Below, one piece after another: positions 55,944 to 64,000 of a stretch of DNA of 64,000 bases. Position 1 is the first letter of the stretch; each line of letters begins with the position of its first letter. The notes under the pieces were generated by a model. The model saw only the letters and a program-made list of their open reading frames with translations. It was not told the origin of the DNA and searched no databases. The position numbers were made by a program, and so were the translations under genes. This DNA is from Rhizaria sp. SCN 62-66 (lineage: Eukaryota): NCBI GenBank assembly GCA_001724265.1, contig MEDY01000042.1, positions 186,001 to 250,000 of the forward strand, given 5' to 3'.

Positions 55944-58900
55944 ATGTCTCGGGCTGACCATGGACGCGACATTAATGCGCGCGTGCTGGTGCTGCCGATT
56001 GACTTTGGCTCAGGCATCGTCGAGCTTCACTTCTTGCGCGCCACCGACGGTGTCTGGTACGTTACCTCAGTGGCACCCACTTGAAGAACTCACTTTACAG
56101 CGCATACTTTGATCATTTTTTAGCCTTTATCACGTGCTAACTCGCGTTGTTATGCGTTGTTCATTCGCTTTTGTAGGTGTTTGACGGTCAGGGAGCTCGA
56201 CTCACTGTTGATCCGTGCTGAGATTAACATCAACGACAGCATGCTTGCAGGCGACGCCGCAAGTTACCAGCATCAGTATCGCCCGCGCCCTATCTCGATG
56301 ACTCCCGGCCGTGCGCAACAGATGCAACAGCGCCGCTCATCAGCCACCGTGGCTGAGGACAACAAGAAGGACGCCGCTGCTAGGGCCTATGTGCGGCAGA
56401 CTTGCATCGAGCTCGGACTCGCCTCCTGCGCAGTACGTTAACGTTGGCGAAATCGATTAAAAACGCATGGATTATATGCTCGCAAAAATAATTTCAATTA
56501 GTTTTCTACGATATTTATTGCTTACCTAACTCTTGATTGCTCTATCTCATGTTGCGCAGGCTGATAACGACGAGATGTCGCTGCTGCGCCGCGTCGGCGC
56601 AGTCGGGGCCCGCGCACCTAAGGCCACTCTTATCCCCATCGACCACGGCCTCTACCTCCTGCGAGTGTTCGGCCTTGCTGCGGCCGCGCTGCGCATTGAG
56701 GCTGCTCTGCAGCATCTCGTCTACGTGCGTCCCCGTCACATGAACGCCGGCTCGCAGCAGGCTCTCGTGTCGCTGGTGACCGACAACACGATGTTAGCAG
56801 GCGTAGATGCTACCGCTGGCAATATCACAAACCCTACCGGTGCTAGCAGCGGCGCAAGCATTGGCAGCGTGTCGCAGCTACTCTCTTTTGATGACGACGA
56901 TGCTGGGGTTGCCGATGACTGTAGCAGCGCAGGCAACGTAAGTGCCAGTGACAATATCTATCACAACGACAGTGACCACAACTTTGCGAGTGCATTTGGA
57001 TCTGGAGGCGGGTATAACACAACAGCGGGCGCCAACGCTAATGTGCGGTCACGATTAAACGCCTCATTCTCAATGTACAACTCCACACTGTTTTCTCCGC
57101 GTGGCTCGGGTCCGAGCGCAGCCGCAACTAACAACAACTCAACTAACAGTAGTCCTTCAGGGCTTGGTCACAGTCTTGGGGCAGCTCGCAGTAACAACAG
57201 TATGAACGTGAACATTAACAGCGCCGCAAATAAGGACGCGAGTATGCTTTACCGCGCAAGTACACCCACTAACGCCGGCGTTTATGCTGTGCCGAACACC
57301 CAAAACGTGAATGCGATCGCAAACTCGAACAGCAGTGCGAGTGCAGCTGTTGTAGGGGGCACTGTTAGTGTTGCTGGCCCAGGTCAGGCACGCGCGCGCG
57401 GCCGCAAGCGAGGCGGTAGGAGGCCAAGCGCAGCAGTCCCTTACGGTCACTTTCACGGTATCGGTGGCTTGGTAGGTGCTGAGGCCGCTGCGGCTGCAGC
57501 AGAGGTAAACGCTTTGTATATTCAAGAGCAGCGCTATACTCTTGATATATACATCTACGATGGCGTCACCGATGCAACCGCGATGCTCTCAACTTTTCTT
57601 ACTCTGGCAAGGCAGGCGAACGCACGCGCAGTGCCGATGTCTCCTGCAAAGGAGTACGCAAGTGGCAGCGCAACTGCGCACAGCGTCACGGAGCTGAAGC
57701 TGGCAATGGGTAGTTGGATCAAGCCAGGTTTGCGGTTCGACGCAACCTCAAGCGCTCCAAACGCTGACACCGCTTCTAACAGCAGCGGCACAAGTGCAAG
57801 CAGCAGTGACGCAGCTGCAAACAGCGCAGGCGGCTGTGCCACTCGTTTCGACGCATCGTTAAGCGTTTTGAATCAGCTTTGCAATCAAGCCACTGCAAGC
57901 ACCAACAGCAGCAACTTAGGTACCGGCGTGGGCCCGAGTATCAGCGCGCGCCCTGGCAATTTCACGATGCCAGCGGAACCGCAAGCGCAGTCAACATCCC
58001 TGGCGGTAACAACATCTGCTTCACAACAACAGCCACAGTCATGTGGTGTAATGCCAAGGCTGCCTGATTTCTCGATGAGCTTTGAGTCGCGCATTGAACC
58101 GTCACTTGGCGATATCGCCTTTGGTGGTTCTTGTCCCAGCCGTCGCTTGGAACAGCATGCTGTGTGCACCCATATGTACTCGAGCAACAATAACACCGAC
58201 GCCAGTGGCTTTACTCAAGCACCGCCGGTGAAGCTTGAGCCCATCCGGGTTACTCCAGTAATCCCGCTGCCGCACGCGCGTAAAGCGGCTTCGCGCACGG
58301 GCCAAACACAGAAGGGCAAGCTATCGCTAGAGAACGAAAAGGTTTTTAACGAGTGGTACAGTACGCACGTGCGAGATCAGGACCACAGCACGATCTATAA
58401 CTCAAATTCCTACATGGCACCTCAGCAATACGGGCAATCCGCACCAACGCATCATTCACAGCACCAATGGCTTGGCAACGCTTATTACAACAACGGCCAG
58501 AATGTATATGCCAACGCAGGCATGTCCCATCTCTCAGCGCCAACGTTGCCACCAATTGACCCACACTTAGTATTGCAATTTGTGCCACAGCAGGAGTCGC
58601 AGCCGCGTCTTGCGTTGCAGTCGCCACAGTCAGAGCTCCCAGCTCCTTTGCGTCAGTACCAGCTTTCACCGCCTCAACATCAGCAGCAGAGTCAGGCCCC
58701 GCTTTTGACTCAAAATGACGGGTACATCAACAGCCACAACCAAAGTGCAGGCCTAAACGTAATGCTTCAGAGGCAGCAACCATTTCAGCTACAGCATGGA
58801 TTTGAGACTCAGCCCGTGTTGTCAGACTATACCGAGTTAGAGCCGTACGCCAACGGTTTGCTGCCTTACAAACAGGTCCAACAGCAACAGTTTAGACGCG

Positions 58901-61900
58901 AGCAGCAACCGCGCGAGCAAGAAGTATCTTGTCAGCAGCAGCGCCAGCAAGAACACCAACACCGACTACAGTCAGAATCTAAGTATTGTGAAGATGAGTA
59001 TAAGCAGCTTCGCGGCGATGAAATCTACGTTAACTCGTATACCTGCGCCGACAGCAGCGTCCCACTTGGCGATAGATTTAGTAACAGTTACACAAAGGAA
59101 AGCTCGACGTCATCGAACGGTACAAATTCGGCATTGCCAACACCACGTGTCAAGCGCCCTTGCAATTCAAGCACTAGTGAGCACTCGGAAAACATGCCGA
59201 CTTTTAACGGTGACAACTTTATTGGCTTGCATGCGCCTGCAAACGAAGTTCAGCCACGTGGCAATGGGTATACTTCTTTGCCGATACTAGCAGGCGCGCT
59301 TCTGCCGCCTGCTGATCGAACATGTGAATACAGCAGTGAAGCTGTACGCAGCACGTATGTTGGAATAAACGCGAATGAGGGCCAGGGTAGCCAGAGCCCT
59401 GGTCCTCTTAGCAACATGTATGACAACAGCAACAGCACCACAGCTGTCGCGCTATCATCATCTCTGGCTACTCCAACTAATGCGCGGAATGACACGAATT
59501 ACTCCAGTATGAACAACAATGATAGTTATCACGTGCAAGACATCCGCTCAAGCATTGCAACACCAACCGTTGATTTGCACGTGACAAACTTGTTTGTCAC
59601 ACCAGAAAAGACGTCGTCTTCGGGGAGGCCGCCTGGTGCTCCGGTGCGAAATGCGCCTTACTACGCGGTGACTTCAAACACATTGGACTCCTCACCTGCC
59701 TTCGCGTTCTTGTCAACTCCAGCTTCACACGTTGAGCTGAACGCTCTCTAGACCGCACTTAATGCTCATGTAAGCACACAGTTACAGCGTGGCCACGTAT
59801 TGTCACTAAATGAGTCTAGCGCGGAGAGTTGTATGCACAAAAACGGCGACGATGAGCACAAACAACGTTTTGATCAAGATGCTGCTCACAGTACTGGCAC
59901 GATGCCCTTTGCAATGGCTAGTGCAAGCGGTTGCCTGAAGAGTAGCAAACTGAATCAACAGCTCTACCACCGATCTAGCCATGAAGTGGCTGCGTCGTCT
60001 TTATCGATGGCATTAAGTGGCACAAAATGTATGAGCTCGCGCGATGTAACTGCCGTCGCCACGTCTCTAGCAACTGCGCCCGTGGTTTGTGCCACTGTCC
60101 AGTATAGTCAGCAAGAGCAAGTTCGAACGCGCAGTGCGTCTGCTCAAGACAATACTTTGGCTGCTGCTGATACACCCCCGCTGAATATCGTTTGCAATCG
60201 CTCCAACTCGATTGCCCCTAGCCACTCGCGCATTTCAACCTCAACAGTTGCGAACCCCATGTCCGACAACGGTTCTGTTTTGCACGCAAACGCCAACACC
60301 AATGCCCGTGCACACAGGCATAATCACATCCGGAGTCACAGCCCAGTTCCCGTAAACGTGAGTAGTCACACTGGAGTGACAGGCCACTCAGACACGCATC
60401 GACACCCAACCGCGCACACGCAAGGTCACGGCAACGCTCGCAGTCACGCACACTCTCATCATCAGTCTTATAACCATCAGCGTCACGGTAACACACAAGC
60501 TCATTCACATCCGCACAGTGGTAGCAACGCTGTGCATGGACGAAGATCTGGTGATGGCGATAGCGGCGACGGAAGTAGTGCTTCGGTGGTGACTGTACAC
60601 AAGCATCGAGTGATCGTGGGCCCTTGCGCTGTCGCCGACATTCCGTGCCGCTACGCCGGCTGTCTTGACCCGCGCGGTCCATTGCATCCACACGCCGCGG
60701 CACTCACACATCTGAGTAGTACAGATGCGACTGAGCGTGAACACATGCTCAACCGCTTGCCAAGGCCAGTCGAACTTAGAATCAGTGCATCACCATGGAA
60801 GACGCCAATACTCGCGCCGCACCCGCAAACGCTTCTCCGTTACGTGCCGATCCACCCGTACTTCACAGTGGCAACTGTTGCATATCTAGCAGGTGTTCCG
60901 CAGTCTGCATCTTGCCTTCCGTTGTTGCAAGCTAACGAAGACGCGTACGCAGCAGCGCGTTTGAAACAACAACAACAAGAGCAACTGCTTCTTAGTGAGC
61001 AACAGCAGCAACAACTTGAGCGCGAACGCGAACAGCAAGGGCAGCGGCGTGAGCTATTACTTGAGCAGCAACAGCAACATCAACAACAACTGTCAGGACC
61101 GCATCCCATCACGGCACATCTGCTCGTTGATAAGGGCACTGAGGTTGCAGTCCTCGGAAATGACTTTAGCGGCGCAATCAGCACAAGTGCAAGCGCAACT
61201 AGTGCGACTAGCTTAGGTACAGCCAGCGGGACTGGCGGCAGAGTTGCGATGCCAGACTCTAGTCAGCGTCGTCGCGGTCAAGCTGCGGCAGGCAGTCACG
61301 GACCTAGCGCGTTATCCCTCGGCCCAACAGCGTTGCGCCAACGCAACAACGGAGACAGCAGAGTCCGCCTTGGTGAAGTCATGACCGATCAAGATGCTAA
61401 GGAGGATTTGTACCACGACGACGAAAAGCACGGCGAAAGCAGGTCGGGTGACGGGTTTGGAGCCGCGACTCACAGCGCGGCCCCTGGCACTGGTAGGCAC
61501 TATGTGAACGCTCACGCCAATCGTGCCCAGCGCGACACAACGGTGCCCGCGTCTGCGGTAGAGCTAGGTCTCGCAACAACAACTGTCAGCGCAGGGGTCC
61601 ACGCCGAGTCTGCAACAAGCACGATGGATGCAAGCAGCCCCGATAGCTACGCTGATGTTGACGTGAAAAACTGCAACAGTAACTGCATTACTCGTGCAGA
61701 TGGCGGCGAAAACGATGATTTGGACAGCGAGAGTGATGACGACGATGTGTGGTATCGCGGCGGCTACCGTGCTGCAACTGCCGCTGCAATTGCAGGTTCC
61801 GCAGAGAGCTCGAGGCTTGCGAGATCAAGGGACACAAGGTCATCCAGGGGGTCAGAGTGGTTGTCCCCCGTTGCAAGCGCACTAAGCCCGGAACGCGCGC

Positions 61901-63378
61901 GTCTGCTCACTGCTCCAGCGCAAGATATTGCAACCTTGTCCACATCAACGCAAACAGCTCGAGATATGCTAACACAACAATTGCAACAGCAGCGAGATAT
62001 GCTGTCTCCGTCCTCGCAACTGCCCCTTCAGTCACCGTCCGCTTACTCCCTGGAGCACCTCCGCTCGCTATCACAATTACAGTCGCAGTCGCAATCCCAG
62101 TCAACATCACTGGCACCGTCAGAGCTGCAGCTGCAGTCTCAGTCAGAGTCGGTCCAATCTCAAGAAACTTCGGAAGCATTACCGCAGCCCCACAGCGCCG
62201 GTGTGTTAGAACAAGAGCAGAATCATCAGCTGCAACCTGCGACGCCACTATCCTCGTTGTTGTTCGACGGTGTGCGTTCTCTATCGCTAGGAACCTCATC
62301 CGATGCGCTGCAGCAGTCTTCATATGGCTACTCGGGTCAAGACCGACTAGTTCCCTTTTCGCCAGCCTCCAAAGCCAACGCAAAACGGTTGCGGAGTGCC
62401 CGCGACGGTGGCGCTGTTGTGCTCGTTGCGCAGCATAGACAGGGTCAGCAGCAACAGGGCGGTCTACCGCCGATTGCGCCAGCTCGTGCCGAAGCCAAAT
62501 TGCGCAGGGTCGAGGTTAAGCCGCTGCAGGCACACTTCCCCGTGCGCGCTAGCAAGTCAGCCGGTGTGAGTAGCAGTAGCAGTAGTCTTAGCGGCAGCGA
62601 CATAACTGCAAGCGTTGCCACTGGCACTGAGGCAAGTACTCGCAGCAGCAACGACGAAGGCGGCGGTGACATCGACGACGACGACGACAACGACGACGAT
62701 GATGAAACCGTTGCTCTCACAATGGCCGATGGCACTAGTACCGATGCAAGCAGCAGCACGCTTCACCGCAACTGGGTTGAACGTGGGGCTGGTGGCGTTA
62801 AAAATAACAGCAACCTTCAAACGCCTAAGCAGCTTGTGGCTCATACCTCTCAGCTGGGTCTCAGCACGACCTCGGCCGCCGCCGAGGTGAGTAGCTCATC
62901 GGGCACCTCCACAAGTTGGCATGGTGGCAAAACTCCGCGCAGGCAGCAGCGGCCGCGCGCGGCGTTTTTCCCGCATTCGCAGCAACAACAGCGCCAGCAG
63001 CAGCAACACAAGGATCATGATGTAGCAACGGCTCTGGGAGTCAGCACCAAGATTGTCGAGCCCGCGCTCTCTGCGGAGCAGCAGCAACTACTGCAACCCC
63101 AACAGAAACTAAATCAGTCTGCGACTGAGACCGACAGGTCCACTGCGACAACTCCGAGTGCGCGCACGAACGTTCAGACTCGGTCTGTGGCTTATGTCAC
63201 ATCTGAGGATAGCATTGCTGGCTCAAGTGTTTCCAGAGGGGCGGCGACTGCAAGCGCAAGTGAGAGCGCAACTGACACTGCAAGTATTCATGATTGTGTC
63301 AGTGGCAACAAGAGCAGTGCGAGCAGCAAAGGCAGTAAAACCCCGCCACACACGCGACAGACCCAGCAGAAGAAATGA
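55944..63378 (+). CDS. Large, mostly disordered Gln/Ser/His-rich protein (about 2,395 aa if the TAG at 59749-59751 is read through) with an N-terminal SKI/SNO/DAC-like domain; putative transcriptional regulator. Exons 55944-56056, 56177-56432 and 56560-63378
   Basis: Two GTACGT introns join MSRADHGRDINARVLVLPIDFGSGIVELHFLRATDGVW|CLTVRELDSLL...TCIELGLASCA|ADNDEMSLLRRVGAVGARAPKATLI. ORFs 56533-59751 and 59800-63378 share a frame and are separated only by one TAG and 16 sense codons. Terminal TGA followed by an AT-rich spacer. Confidence 0.75.
56057..56176 (+). other. Spliceosomal intron (120 nt)
   Basis: GTACGT..TTGTAG, GCTAAC branch-like motif, phase 2. Confidence 0.85.
56433..56559 (+). other. 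Spliceosomal intron (127 nt)
   Basis: GTACGT..GCGCAG, CCTAAC branch-like motif, phase 0. Confidence 0.87.
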
Positions 63379-63830
63379 ATAATCGTTTGAAAAACAATAA
63401 TATGAACAACAACAATTAGTTTTGATCGTTTGAAAATGTATACTGTATAGACTGATAAAAATAATAGAGATGACGAAGATAATAATAAGTCTTGCTGAGG
63501 CAATAATAAAAACCAAAACCAAACTTGAAAGATCGAAAAGATCAAAAAGAAACTACGCTCTGCAAACTGGAACAAATGTTATTGTGATGGAGCAAACATA
63601 AGAGTGACTGTAACAAAAACAAACATAACAACAACAACCAACAGAAATCTAACTTCCTAAGTATCTTCTTACACTTCTCATGCGCTTCGACAAAAACAAA
63701 ACAACATATCACAATCAATCACAGCCAACTAAATTGACTGCGTTTTAAGCAACGAATAGGGCAAACTCACACATTGTACCTGATCGTACATGTGTGTTTT
63801 CACTTTCTCAATTACTCTTTGTTATCCTCT

Positions 63831-64000
63831 TTACTTGTTGCTGTCCTTCCTGGGCCTGCCACCCTTGGGCATAATCCTCTCCTTCTCACTGTGCGAGCTG
63901 TGGTTACTCAGCGAGAATCCGGGAATAATATTAGCGCTCGTCGTCCTCGTCGCGAGCGCGAGCGGGGAGAGTCCGGCGCCGTTGGCGGGCGGGACGCCGG
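63831..64000 (-). CDS. 3' end of an unknown gene entering from the right edge (...GVPPANGAGLSPLALATRTTSANIIPGFSLSNHSSHSEKERIMPKGGRPRKDSNK*)
   Basis: GC-rich, codon-biased open frame ending in TAA at 63833-63831, exactly where the composition switches to AT-rich. Confidence 0.65.
   Translation of the reverse strand, partial: GVPPANGAGLSPLALATRTTSANIIPGFSLSNHSSHSEKERIMPKGGRPRKDSNK

Noticed and set aside
5323-59751. Pyrrolysine or selenocysteine insertion as the explanation for the internal stops
   Set aside because: Sec uses UGA. Pyl is known only from prokaryotes, no pyl genes are visible, the sites are non-catalytic linkers and there is no shared downstream structure.
51745-63378. TauE and SKI-like genes as pseudogenes
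   Set aside because: No frameshifts or further stops over kilobases, intact splice sites and motifs, and all lesions are the same codon (TAG). Disfavoured, though not formally excluded.

Overview
Gene-dense nuclear DNA of a unicellular eukaryote (protist), with GC-rich exons, AT-rich spacers of about 0.4-1.6 kb and few short spliceosomal introns (116-240 nt, mostly GTACG donors, mostly near 5' ends). I reconstruct 11 protein-coding genes: a >2,380-aa secreted or surface protein built from repeated beta-rich modules (runs off the left edge), mitochondrial [2Fe-2S] ferredoxin, PP5 phosphatase, a MAPR/cytochrome-b5-like protein, a ~9,900-aa single-exon HECT E3 ligase (UBR-box, WWE, 2x UBA, ZZ, chromo-barrel), pyridoxal kinase, a 7TM-RGS protein, PRP38, a TauE/SafE transporter, a ~2,400-aa protein with a SKI/SNO/DAC-like N-terminal domain, and the 3' end of one more gene. 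The main signal is that three genes each contain one in-frame TAG with the frame staying open for 225-1,774 further codons, in one case between the two halves of a TauE domain. All 10 visible real gene ends use TAA (5) or TGA (5), never TAG. This points to a variant nuclear genetic code or recoding system in which UAG alone is a rare sense codon. Cryptic introns and RNA editing remain testable alternatives. All domain calls are by-eye motif recognition, not database searches.
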